The position numbers and the translations under genes are program-made. The notes beneath the pieces are model-generated. The model saw only the letters and a program-made list of their open reading frames with translations, had not been told where the DNA came from and made no database searches. A stretch of 64,000 bases of DNA from Leptospirillia bacterium (lineage in GTDB: Bacteria > Nitrospirota > JACRHL01): NCBI GenBank assembly GCA_046754085.1, contig JBHHVE010000001.1, positions 71,821-135,820 of the forward strand, in the 5' to 3' direction. Positions 36,366 to 45,404 of the stretch are shown here, piece after piece (position 1 is the stretch's first letter; every line of letters begins with the position of its first letter).

Positions 36366-37426
36366 GCCACCCCTCCAGTGATCGGCAGGGCGGTCTCCTC
36401 GGGCAGGCCCAGCATCAGGTTCATGCACTGGATGCCCTGGCCCGCGGCGCCCTTGATCAGGTTGTCGATGGCGGTAAAGGCCACCAGCCTGCGGTCTTCC
36501 ACACTGCCCGCCAGCGCCACCTGGAAGCGGTTGCTGCCCGCCACGTGCCGGGTGTTGGGGAAACTGCCCAGGGGCAGCACCTGGGCGAACGGGCTGTCGG
36601 CGTAAGTTTTCACCAGATGACCATGCACCGCCTCAAGGTCCATGTCAAAAGCGTCCGCCGGGCGCACGTAGACCGACGCCAGAATGCCCCGGCTCATGGG
36701 CACCACCTGGGGGGTGAAGAACAGATCGACCTCGGTGCCGCCCAGGCGGGTGGCGTGGTGCCGCATCTCCGGTTGATGCCGGTGACCGCCCACGTTATAG
36801 GCCCGCACGCCACCGGCGACTTCACTATAAAGACTGTCGGTGCGGGCCTCCCGACCGGCGCCGGAGATGCCGCTTTTGGCATCCACAACGACCCCGGCGG
36901 AGGCTTTTACGAAACCGCCGGTCAGGAGCGGCACCAGGGCCAGCAGGGTGGCGGTGGGGTAGCATCCGGGTACCCCGACCAGATCCGCCTTGGCGATGTC
37001 GCTCCGGGCGAATTCGGGCAGGCCGTAAACGGATTTTGCCGCAAGCTCCGGGCACGGATGGGCTTGGCCGTAGGCCGATTCATACAGGGCCGGATCGGAA
37101 AACCGGTAGTCGGCGGACAGGTCGATGACCGGCGTGCCGGCGGCGTGGATCTGTCCCAGCACCTCGGCGGATGCCCCGTGGGGCAGGGCGGAGAGTACCA
37201 TATCGGCGTTTTCCGCAATCTGTTCCGGGTCGAGCGCGGTGAGGGTCGGCCCGTTCAGGGGGGCAAGCTCCGGGAACACGTCGCCGATCTGCCGGCCGGC
37301 GTAGCGCACCGAGGTGGCGGTGGTGATTTCCACGTGGGGATGCGCCGCCAGCAGCTCAAGCAACTGCCCGCCGACGTAACCGCTGGCGCCGAGCACGGCG
37401 ATCCGGGTGAGTGACTTGTTTTTCAT
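36362..37426 (-). CDS. argC: N-acetyl-gamma-glutamyl-phosphate reductase ArgC
   Basis: 354 aa. RIAVLGASGYVGGQLLELLAAHP (NAD(P) binding) and the catalytic PGCYPTA cysteine motif. Confidence 0.9.
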   Translation of the reverse strand: MKNKSLTRIAVLGASGYVGGQLLELLAAHPHVEITTATSVRYAGRQIGDVFPELAPLNGPTLTALDPEQIAENADMVLSALPHGASAEVLGQIHAAGTPVIDLSADYRFSDPALYESAYGQAHPCPELAAKSVYGLPEFARSDIAKADLVGVPGCYPTATLLALVPLLTGGFVKASAGVVVDAKSGISGAGREARTDSLYSEVAGGVRAYNVGGHRHQPEMRHHATRLGGTEVDLFFTPQVVPMSRGILASVYVRPADAFDMDLEAVHGHLVKTYADSPFAQVLPLGSFPNTRHVAGSNRFQVALAGSVEDRRLVAFTAIDNLIKGAAGQGIQCMNLMLGLPEETALPITGGVA

Positions 37427-37447
37427 GGTGCTATCTTATGCGCTTTG

Positions 37448-37490
37448 CGAAAACAAAAAAACGGGGGAGAGGCTTTCCGCCTCTCCCCCG
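37448..37490 (-). terminator. Rho-independent terminator downstream of rplM-rpsI (minus strand)
   Basis: On the minus strand: CGGGGGAGAGGC-GGAAA-GCCTCTCCCCCG followed by TTTTTTTGTTTT. It sits 30 nt after the rpsI stop and before the argC start. Confidence 0.65.
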
Positions 37491-37520
37491 TTTTGAAACG
37501 GGCGAAATAGAAAGCGTTTC

Positions 37521-37907
37521 CTACCGCTTGGAGAACTGGAACTTCTTGCGCGCACCGGGCTGACCCGGCTTTTTACGCTCCACCTCGCGAGAGTCGCGGG
37601 TGACGTAGCCTGCGGCCTTCAGGGGCGGGCGGTTGTCGGCATCGGCCAGCATCAGGGCGCGGGTAATGCCGTGACGGATGGCGCCGGCCTGACCGGAGAG
37701 GCCACCGCCGCGCACGTTCACCGAGACGTCGTACTTGTCGCCGACCTCGAGCAGTTCGAGGGGCTGACGCACGGTCATCACCAGCGTTTCCCGCATCAGG
37801 TAGTCCGGGGCGGGCCGCTTGTTGATGGTGATTGTGCCGTTGCCTTCCCGGAGCCGCACGCGGGCGATGGAGGTCTTGCGGCGACCGGTTGCGATGTGAA
37901 CGTTCAT
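37521..37907 (-). CDS. rpsI: 30S ribosomal protein S9
   Basis: 128 aa. ...[19 protein letters not shown]...[12 protein letters not shown] is the canonical S9 C-terminus. Confidence 0.95.
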   Translation of the reverse strand: MNVHIATGRRKTSIARVRLREGNGTITINKRPAPDYLMRETLVMTVRQPLELLEVGDKYDVSVNVRGGGLSGQAGAIRHGITRALMLADADNRPPLKAAGYVTRDSREVERKKPGQPGARKKFQFSKR

Positions 37908-37934
37908 ACCTGAAATTTCCTTAGCAAAAGCGCG

Positions 37935-38375
37935 TTATGCGCCCTGGCCCAGGTCCCACACTTCGGGGTTCTGGGCCGCATGCGGGTGGCTGGCCCCCGC
38001 GTAAACCTTGAGTTTTGTGGCCATTGCGTTGCCCAGCCGGGTCTTGGGGAGCATGCCCTTCACGGCCAGCGTGATGACGCGGGTCGGGTCGTTCTCCATC
38101 ATCCGGCGGATCGGGACTTCCTTGATGCCCCCGACGTACCCGGTGTGATGGTGATACATCTTCTGGTCCATCTTGTTGCCGGTCAGCTTGACCTTTTCCG
38201 CGTTGATCACGATGACGTGGTCGCCCAAGTCCTCGTGTGGGGTAAAGGTCGGCTTGTGCTTGCCGCGAAGCACGGACGCCACGCGGGAGGCGAGGCGGCC
38301 CAGCACCTGATTCTCGGCATCGACAATCAACCACTTGGCCGGCTGATCGGTTTTTCGGAACGACTTGGTCTTCAT
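37935..38375 (-). CDS. rplM: 50S ribosomal protein L13
   Basis: 146 aa. ...[16 protein letters not shown]...KHKPTFTPH...[11 protein letters not shown]... is the canonical L13 sequence. Confidence 0.95.
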   Translation of the reverse strand: MKTKSFRKTDQPAKWLIVDAENQVLGRLASRVASVLRGKHKPTFTPHEDLGDHVIVINAEKVKLTGNKMDQKMYHHHTGYVGGIKEVPIRRMMENDPTRVITLAVKGMLPKTRLGNAMATKLKVYAGASHPHAAQNPEVWDLGQGA

Positions 38376-38969
38376 CGGTCAATACGCCTTCAACAACACG
38401 CGCCCAGTCAATGTTTGGACGAAGCCCACTATTATAAGGCTATGACTTCCCCGGTCAAGGGAAAAACAGGCGGCAAACTGGCACCGGTTGCCCGAAACAT
38501 GGCGGTGGGCGGCCCGCACACACCGGACAAGGTGTTGTTTTTTAGGATATGTGGGCACCGTTTCCTTTGTTGAGTCGGGGCGTCCCTTGCCGGAAGCGGT
38601 CCTTGGCGATACCGGAGGCGGCTCATGCGCCCCGGTTGCGGCGTTCCCGGGAGGGGGACGGAATTTGGCACGGGAATTGTACTTTTTCCGTGGTTATTAA
38701 AGGAGTTGAGCCACATACGGCCCCATCGGGGTTTCTTGACAAGAATCAGGGGTGCCGTTACTCTTCTTTGAATTCGTAACACGGCCCGGATGGAGGCCAT
38801 TGTCGGCCCTTGTCGTGGTGGTGTTGAGTGTTTCGGTAGGGCCTTTTTTAAGTTCGGTATCGAGGCGTTGTGGCGCATTGGGACCGATGCGGTGTATTGC
38901 CCCCGCTTGGATCGGGGCGCCCGAGGGTCGGGCTATTTAGATGTATTTCAGTATTTGGAGGCTGGTGTT

Positions 38970-39494
38970 GTGAGTGATCTGACACACTTTAACAAGTCCG
39001 GACGCGCCACCATGGTGGACGTGGGCGGTAAGGGTGATACCACGCGGGTTGCAGTGGCAGCCGGTACCATCAAGGTTCTGCCGGAAACGTTCAAGCGCAT
39101 CATGGATGGCAAGATTGCCAAGGGCGATGTGTTGTCCGTGGCTCAGGTGGCGGCCATCCTCGGCGCCAAGGCGACCTGGAGCCTGATCCCCATGTGTCAC
39201 CCGCTGCTTTTGACCAAGGTTAACGTGGAATTTTACGAGGACGGCACCCCGGATGCCGACGGCTACTGCTCCATTACCGCCACCGCCGAAGTGGCCGTGA
39301 CCGGGCAGACCGGTGTCGAGATGGAGGGGCTGACCTCCGTGGCGGTGGCGCTTCTGACCATTTACGACATGTGCAAGGCGATCGACAAGGGGATGTATTT
39401 CACCAACGTCGGCCTGCTTTCCAAGGAGGGTGGCAAGTCCGGGGACTTCACCAATCCGCACATCGAGGCCATGCACGAGATCGTCAACGGGTAA
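38970..39494 (+). CDS. moaC: Cyclic pyranopterin monophosphate synthase MoaC
   Basis: GTG at 38970 with a GGAGG SD 8 nt upstream. [27 protein letters not shown]...CKAIDKGM is the canonical MoaC sequence. The listed ORF starts 180 nt upstream. Confidence 0.85.
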   Translation: MSDLTHFNKSGRATMVDVGGKGDTTRVAVAAGTIKVLPETFKRIMDGKIAKGDVLSVAQVAAILGAKATWSLIPMCHPLLLTKVNVEFYEDGTPDADGYCSITATAEVAVTGQTGVEMEGLTSVAVALLTIYDMCKAIDKGMYFTNVGLLSKEGGKSGDFTNPHIEAMHEIVNG

Positions 39495-39500
39495 CGCGGC

Positions 39501-40814
39501 GTGATCCGGGTCGAGAAACTGGTCAAGGTCTACCGGGGCAAAAAGGAGCCGTCGGTAAACGACGTCTCCTTTAATGTGGGAGAAGGGGAGGTGTTTGCCT
39601 TTCTCGGCCCCAACGGCGCCGGCAAGAGCACCACGGCCAAGATTCTCACCACCCTGCTGTCCCCCACCGGGGGATTGGTCGAGGTGGCCGGGTACGATGT
39701 CGTCAAGGAGTCCCGCAAGGTGCGGGAGAGCATCGGTTACGTGGCCCAGAACACCGGCATCGACTACTTCATGACCGGCCGTGAGAACCTGACCCTGATC
39801 GGCCACCTGTACCACCTCTCCGGGCGCAAGCTCACCGAGCGGGTGGACACCATGCTGGAGTATTTCGGCCTGACCGCTGTTGCCGACCAGACCTGTGCCG
39901 GATATTCCGGCGGCATGCAGCGCAAGCTCGACATCGCCACCGCCCTGTTGCACCAGCCCAAGGTGCTGTTTCTGGATGAGCCAACCCTGGGGCTGGACGC
40001 CCAGAGCCGCATCGACCTGTGGAACTACGTGCGCAGCATGAACCGGGACCTGGGTGTGACGGTGTTTCTCACCACCCATTACCTGGACGAGGCCGACAAG
40101 CTCGCCCACCGGGTGGGCATCATCGACGAGGCCGTGCTGCAGGCGGTGGGCACGCCGTCCGAGCTGAAAGACATGCTCAAGGGCGACTCCATCGCCCTCT
40201 CCTTCGAGGATGATGACGCCGCCCGCACCGCCCACGGCCTGATCGAGGCGGCGCCGTTCGCCACGGAGGTGCTGGACGAGGAGGATGGTCTGCGGGCCTA
40301 CGTGAGCAACGGTGGCGAAAACATCAGCGACCTGATTCAACTGCTCGCGGCCAGGGATATCAAGGTGAAGTCGGTCACCCTGGCGCGTCCCACCCTGGAC
40401 GACGTGTTTATCAAGTTTACCGGCCGCTCCATGGACAAGGTGGAGGAGAAGGTCAAGCCGTGGTGGGCGGATTGGGCCGGAGACAACTGGGAGCAGCAGG
40501 AGGCCGAGGGCAACTGGGGCGGCAACAAGTGGGTCAATGCCGACGGCACCGCCAAGGATCCGGAGGCCTTCAAGGAATGGTCCGAGGCCCAGGAGAAAGA
40601 GTCCGACGACAGTGAAAACAAGGCGAAAGCGGACGATGCGTCCAGCACGGAGGATGACGTGAGCGAAGAAAAAGAGACGGTCCCCGAAGAGAAAAAAGAC
40701 AGTTCCGATACTGGTTGGGCGGGCAATGAGTGGGTCAACGCCGACGGTACCGCCAAGGACCCGGAGGCCATGCAGAAGTGGCTGAAGGATGGCGCTGGAA
40801 AGAGCTCCGACTAG
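39501..40814 (+). CDS. ABC transporter ATP-binding protein (ABC-2/DrrA-type) with a ~125-aa acidic C-terminal extension carrying a duplicated 19-aa motif
   Basis: Walker A GPNGAGKST, signature YSGGMQRKL, Walker B LFLDEPT. The tail contains NKWVNADGTAKDPEAFKEW and NEWVNADGTAKDPEAMQKW, separated by a D/E/S-rich linker. Confidence 0.85.
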   Translation: MIRVEKLVKVYRGKKEPSVNDVSFNVGEGEVFAFLGPNGAGKSTTAKILTTLLSPTGGLVEVAGYDVVKESRKVRESIGYVAQNTGIDYFMTGRENLTLIGHLYHLSGRKLTERVDTMLEYFGLTAVADQTCAGYSGGMQRKLDIATALLHQPKVLFLDEPTLGLDAQSRIDLWNYVRSMNRDLGVTVFLTTHYLDEADKLAHRVGIIDEAVLQAVGTPSELKDMLKGDSIALSFEDDDAARTAHGLIEAAPFATEVLDEEDGLRAYVSNGGENISDLIQLLAARDIKVKSVTLARPTLDDVFIKFTGRSMDKVEEKVKPWWADWAGDNWEQQEAEGNWGGNKWVNADGTAKDPEAFKEWSEAQEKESDDSENKAKADDASSTEDDVSEEKETVPEEKKDSSDTGWAGNEWVNADGTAKDPEAMQKWLKDGAGKSSD

Positions 40815-40820
40815 TCCGGC

Positions 40821-41585
40821 GTGTTTTCTTCGGACACATATTATCTGTTCGCCAAGTATATGCGGATCACATGGCGCATGCCCATGTGGACCCTGTTTGG
40901 CCTGGCGCAGCCCCTGATCTGGCTACTGATTTTTTCCGACCTGTTTTCGGCCATGGCCTCCCTGCAGGGGTGGCCCACCAGCAACTACGCTGACTTTTTC
41001 CTGCCGGGAGTGATGGTCATGACCGTGCTGTTCGGCAGCGCGTGGGCCGGGGTGAGCCTGCTCAGGGAGATCAACTTCGGCACCGTGGACAAGATGATGG
41101 TGACCCCCATCCACCGGGGTTCGGTGCTGTTTTCCCGGGTGTTGCACGCAGCCGCCACGGTCATGCTCCAGTGTCTGGTGCTGATCGCCGTGGCGTTTAT
41201 AATGGGACTTGATCTCAACGCCCATGCGGGCTACCTGATTGCCGGGCTGGTGGCGGTGTGGACCCTGGGGATCGGCTTTGCCGCCCTCTCCAACGGCATC
41301 GCCATCGTGCTGCGCCGGGAGGAGCCGTTGATTATCGTCGGCAACTTCCTCACCCTGCCCCTGATGTTCTTCTCCAGCGCCATGATGCCGGTGAAGTACA
41401 TGCCCGAGTGGATTCAGATGCTGTCGGTGGTGAACCCCATCAATTATGCGGTGAATGCCACCCGTACCATGTTGGTGGGCAAGGCCGACTGGGCGGTGTT
41501 CGGACCGTCGTTTGCGATTGTTCTGGTGTTTACGCTGGTTGCGTTTGCCTGGGCCAACTACATGTTTATGAAGAGTCGGCAGTAG
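40821..41585 (+). CDS. ABC-2 family transporter permease
   Basis: 254 aa with six predicted TM helices, located immediately downstream of the ATPase. Confidence 0.8.
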   Translation: MFSSDTYYLFAKYMRITWRMPMWTLFGLAQPLIWLLIFSDLFSAMASLQGWPTSNYADFFLPGVMVMTVLFGSAWAGVSLLREINFGTVDKMMVTPIHRGSVLFSRVLHAAATVMLQCLVLIAVAFIMGLDLNAHAGYLIAGLVAVWTLGIGFAALSNGIAIVLRREEPLIIVGNFLTLPLMFFSSAMMPVKYMPEWIQMLSVVNPINYAVNATRTMLVGKADWAVFGPSFAIVLVFTLVAFAWANYMFMKSRQ

Positions 41586-41634
41586 CCGGCATAGGGTTGT
41601 TTGATTTTGGATCCCGAGTAAGGAGAGTCATTGG

Positions 41635-42327
41635 ATGATCACCATTAAGCTTTTCGCCGTATTGAGAAAGATGGCGGGCTCTGACGAGCTTCAGATGGAG
41701 GTGCCGGCTGGCGGAACGGTCAAGGACGTGGTTGCTGCGATCGCCGCCGATCACCCGGATGTGGGCCAGTTGATTTCCGACCGCAAGGTGATGCTCTCCC
41801 TGAACCAGGAGACCGCCGAGGACGACATGGCCGTGTCCGATGGCGATGAGATGGCCGTGCTGCCGCCGTTTGCCGGAGGCGCCGACGAGGAGGCCGCCAG
41901 CGTCGACGAGCTGGTGCGGGTGCAGGAAGGGCCGTTCGACGTGAACGCCGAGATCGAACTGTGCAAGCGTACCAGCAAGGGTATTGGCGCCGTGGTGACG
42001 TTTCTTGGCATCGGCCGCGATCATTCCAAGGGCAAGGACATCGAGGGCCTGACTTTCGAGTATTACGCCGGTATGGCGGAGAAGCGTCTGAAGCAGATCC
42101 GCGAGCAGGCGATCCGTGATTTCAACCTGATCGAATGTGGCATCGTGCACCGCTTCGGCAACATCGAGCTGGGCGAGGACATCGTACTGATCAACGCCGC
42201 TTCGTCCCACCGCCCGGAAGCCTTCGAGGCCTGCCGCTGGTGCATTGACGAGCTCAAGCGCATCACGCCGATCTGGAAAAAGGAATTCACCCCCGAGGGT
42301 GAGGTGTGGGTGGAAGAGCACCCGTAA
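41635..42327 (+). CDS. moaE: Fused MoaD (ThiS-like sulfur carrier, ends ...PPFAGG) - MoaE (molybdopterin synthase catalytic subunit)
   Basis: The N-terminal ~80 aa form a ubiquitin-like region with the Gly-Gly terminus (VLPPFAGG) followed by an acidic linker. The C-terminal region (FDVNAEIELCKRTSKGIGAVVTFLGIGRDHSKGK...TFEYYAGMAEK) is MoaE-like. A GGAG SD precedes the start. Confidence 0.8.
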   Translation: MITIKLFAVLRKMAGSDELQMEVPAGGTVKDVVAAIAADHPDVGQLISDRKVMLSLNQETAEDDMAVSDGDEMAVLPPFAGGADEEAASVDELVRVQEGPFDVNAEIELCKRTSKGIGAVVTFLGIGRDHSKGKDIEGLTFEYYAGMAEKRLKQIREQAIRDFNLIECGIVHRFGNIELGEDIVLINAASSHRPEAFEACRWCIDELKRITPIWKKEFTPEGEVWVEEHP

Positions 42328-42407
42328 GCTGACGGCAACCGTCAGCGTGTTTCAGAAAAGGACCTGAACGGGAGGCGCGGTGCGCCCACCCGGAAGATAG
42401 AACAATT

Positions 42408-43025
42408 ATGAATAAATTCGAAAGAGCCGAACTCGATCACGTGCTGGACAAGGCTTTTGCCTTCCACGGCAAACCGTGTGGCGGCACCGTGATCGGCGTG
42501 CGCATGGCCATGCTGGGCCTGAAGCTGATCGGCATCTCGGACCCCAAGGGGGCGCAGCGCAAGGACGTCATGGCGGTGGCCGAAAACGACCGCTGCTCGG
42601 TGGACGCCATTCAGCACGTCACCGGCTGCCGGGTATCGGCCCGCGCCCTGAAGCTTAAGGATTACGGCAAGGTCGCAGCGACCTTCGTGAACCTGGCATC
42701 CGGCAAGGCCGTGCGCATCGTCTGCCCGGAGGAAACCCGGGAGACGGTTGAAAAGTACAAGCCCGAAGAGGGTGAGAAAAAAGAGCGCACCATCGCCGGC
42801 TACAAGAATATCCCGTTAAACGAGTTGTTCTATGCCCAGGAAGTGAAGGTCGAGTTCGATGAGAACGACTTTCCCGGCCATGCCAAGGTACGGCTCAAAT
42901 GTGACCGTTGTGGTGAGTGGGTGTCGGATCACCGGGAGAAGGTGATCGACGGTGAGAATGTCTGCATCCACTGCGCCCAGGGCGGATATTACGATGTGGT
43001 CAAGGACCGGATCCCGCTGCCCTAG
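42408..43025 (+). CDS. FmdE-family protein (formylmethanofuran-dehydrogenase subunit E-like) with C-terminal zinc ribbon
   Basis: FHGKPCGGTVIGVRMA matches the FmdE HG(H/K)xCxG motif. The C-terminal CDRCGEW...CIHC forms a Cys4 ribbon. Confidence 0.65.
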   Translation: MNKFERAELDHVLDKAFAFHGKPCGGTVIGVRMAMLGLKLIGISDPKGAQRKDVMAVAENDRCSVDAIQHVTGCRVSARALKLKDYGKVAATFVNLASGKAVRIVCPEETRETVEKYKPEEGEKKERTIAGYKNIPLNELFYAQEVKVEFDENDFPGHAKVRLKCDRCGEWVSDHREKVIDGENVCIHCAQGGYYDVVKDRIPLP

Positions 43026-43028
43026 GCC

Positions 43029-43676
43029 GTGCGGGAGAAGGAACCTCATACCACCCTGCTGCTGGTTCGCCACGGCGAGCCGGACTATCCGGAGGACCGG
43101 ATTTACAGCCGGTCCGACGATCCGGGGCTGACTGCAAAAGGGCTCATGCAGGCAAAGGCGCTGGCGGAGTGGGCCAGGGGCGAAAAGATCGATGCCCTCT
43201 ACGTAAGCCCGACCCGGCGGACCCGCGAGACTGCCGGGCCGGTGGCGGAAAGCACAGGGCTTGAAGCGGTGGTGGATGTACGACTTGAGGAGCGGATGTT
43301 CGGGATATGGGAAGGCATGGACTTCGATGCCATCCAGTCCGGATATCCGGAGGAATTCCGCTCCTGGAAAACCGATCCGGTGGGATTTGCTCCCGAAGGG
43401 GGTGAAACCATCCAGGACCTGGCGGATCGGGTGGAAGCGGCGTTCGCGGAAATTCGCGAACGCCATCAGGGGGGCACGGCCCTTCTGGTGTCCCATGTGG
43501 GCACCATGCGAGCTGCCTTATGTGCAGCGCTTGGAACGCCCCTTGAGGCGTATCGACGGTTCCATATCCGGCCCGGATCGGTGGTGCGTGTCGATTACGG
43601 CAAGAGGCAGGCGAACTTGATGTACCTCGGGTTCCAGCCGGGCGCAGGAAGCGCCTGGGGCGGGGGACAGACATAA
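43029..43676 (+). CDS. Histidine phosphatase family protein (phosphoglycerate-mutase-like)
   Basis: LLLVRHGEPDY is the catalytic RHG motif, with a downstream LVSHVGTMRA His motif. GTG start directly after the fmdE-like stop. Confidence 0.8.
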   Translation: MREKEPHTTLLLVRHGEPDYPEDRIYSRSDDPGLTAKGLMQAKALAEWARGEKIDALYVSPTRRTRETAGPVAESTGLEAVVDVRLEERMFGIWEGMDFDAIQSGYPEEFRSWKTDPVGFAPEGGETIQDLADRVEAAFAEIRERHQGGTALLVSHVGTMRAALCAALGTPLEAYRRFHIRPGSVVRVDYGKRQANLMYLGFQPGAGSAWGGGQT

Positions 43677-43809
43677 AGACGGACTTGGACGGGGCCGGGT
43701 TGACGGCCCGTTCACGGTAAACGCCACAGCACGAGCCGGGGTTGATCCCGGGGCCTGCGGCACGATAACAACGGGTTGACGAACCCTTTTTAGGTAGAGA
43801 GAAAAAATC

Positions 43810-44133
43810 ATGTGCGATACCACTGGAAACCACAGCCATTCTCACGGCGTGCGGACTTCGCAGGAAAAAGCCTACGGCGACCTGCGTAACGACATTGCCA
43901 TCCAGATGGACCTGCTCACCAAAGTCGAGGCCCAACTCGCCGTGATCGGCGCCGAGGAGTTTCCGATGGTGGGGGCGATTGTTCACACCCTGGGTCACCT
44001 GAAAGCCGACCTGAAGAAGCACATCGCCGAGTTGGTTCAACTGATGAATGCACTGGACAGCGAGCAGGCGGCCTACTTCGCCGGCGAGCATGAGGCGCAC
44101 GACCACTCCGAGGGTCACGCCCACGCGCACTAA
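43810..44133 (+). CDS. Small histidine-rich protein, putative metal-binding
   Basis: 107 aa with His-rich termini (N-terminal GNHSHSHG, C-terminal HEAHDHSEGHAHAH) flanking a predicted helical core. A GAGAGA SD precedes it and a terminator follows. Confidence 0.45.
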   Translation: MCDTTGNHSHSHGVRTSQEKAYGDLRNDIAIQMDLLTKVEAQLAVIGAEEFPMVGAIVHTLGHLKADLKKHIAELVQLMNALDSEQAAYFAGEHEAHDHSEGHAHAH

Positions 44134-44153
44134 GTGCGGTCCTGTTTTGACGG

Positions 44154-44183
44154 AGCGGGCCGGGGCTTCCCCGGCCCGCTTTG
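44154..44183 (+). terminator. Candidate intrinsic terminator after the His-rich ORF
   Basis: AGCGGGCCGGGG-CTTC-CCCGGCCCGCT followed by TTGAC. Strong stem, short U-tract. Confidence 0.4.
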
Positions 44184-44333
44184 ACTGATTGGAAGAAAAA
44201 ACCTAATCTTATCCGTCCCGTGCGGAAGTTTTCGGAAGGCCTTCGGGTGCTTCGTGCCGCTTTGGCGACCCGGGAGGGTCCCTGTAGAATTGTCGGATTG
44301 TGTACCGTTTCGTGTTTTGAAGGAGTTTCTTAA

Positions 44334-45341
44334 ATGACGACTTACTCGGGTGAAGCCAACCCCATGCGAGTAATGGAGCTCGCGAGTGCCTATTGGGACT
44401 CGTGTGTGATCCACGCGGCACACCGGCTCAACGTGTTTACGTTGCTGGATGAGCAGAGCATGTCGGCCAAGGAATTGGGCGACAAGATCGGCGCCAGCGA
44501 GCGTGGCCTGGACCTGCTTTTGATTGCCTGCTGTTCCATCGGTCTGCTGCATCGGGACGAGAACGGCCGTTACACCAACACGCCGCTGGCGGACACCCAT
44601 CTGGTGGAAGGGCGCGACCGTTATCAGGGCGGCATCGTGAAGATGTTCGACGAATGGTCCGGCCCGTGGAGCGGTCTGACCGAAGCCGTTGTAAAGGGCG
44701 CCCCGGTGGTCGAAAAACAGCACGACCACGGCGAGGAGGCCACCCAGGCCTACATCTACGGCATGCACTGGCGTGGCGTGGCCCAGGCCCAGCTTTTGTC
44801 CAAGGTGATCGACTGTTCCGGCATGAAACGCATGCTCGACATCGCCGGCGGTCCCGGGACCTTTACCCTGCACATGTGTCTTGAAAATCCGGAGCTTAGC
44901 GGTACCGTTCTCGACCTGGCGCAGACCTTGGCGGTGACCAAGGAGATCATCAACACCTACCAGATGGCCGACCGGGTCGAGACCAAGGTGGGCAACTACA
45001 TCGAGGACGAGTCGTTCGGTGAAAACTACGACATTGCCCTGATGAGCTCCATGCTCAACCAGGAGTCCCCGGAGACCCTCAAGTCGATCCTGACCAAGGC
45101 CAGAAACGCCCTCAACGAGGGCGGCAAGATGCTGGTTCAGGAGCAGTTGCTCGACGACGACAAGAACGGCCCGCGACTTCCGGCGGTGATCGGCCTGAAT
45201 CAACTGATCCACACTCCCGGCGGGCAGAACTACTGCGGCGCCGAGATCATGGAATTCATGACCGCCGTGGGCTTTAAGGACGTGCACTATGTCGACCTTA
45301 AGGAAGAGAGCCCGTTTGTCGTTATTCTGGGAACCAAGTAA
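44334..45341 (+). CDS. Class I SAM-dependent O-methyltransferase (COMT/CrtF-like, with N-terminal dimerisation/winged-helix region)
   Basis: 335 aa. LDIAGGPGTF (motif I). The N-terminal region resembles the dimerisation domain of plant-type O-methyltransferases. AAGGAG SD. Confidence 0.75.
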   Translation: MTTYSGEANPMRVMELASAYWDSCVIHAAHRLNVFTLLDEQSMSAKELGDKIGASERGLDLLLIACCSIGLLHRDENGRYTNTPLADTHLVEGRDRYQGGIVKMFDEWSGPWSGLTEAVVKGAPVVEKQHDHGEEATQAYIYGMHWRGVAQAQLLSKVIDCSGMKRMLDIAGGPGTFTLHMCLENPELSGTVLDLAQTLAVTKEIINTYQMADRVETKVGNYIEDESFGENYDIALMSSMLNQESPETLKSILTKARNALNEGGKMLVQEQLLDDDKNGPRLPAVIGLNQLIHTPGGQNYCGAEIMEFMTAVGFKDVHYVDLKEESPFVVILGTK

Positions 45342-45404
45342 AGGCGCACTGCGTCCACAGACCGCCCCGGTTCGGGGCGGTTGCGATCTAAAGGGAAGAG
45401 CCAA

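Noticed and set aside
43760-43809. Possible sigma70 promoter (TTGACG ... TAGGTA) upstream of the His-rich ORF
   Set aside because: The -10 match is poor and the spacing is uncertain. It is left uncalled.
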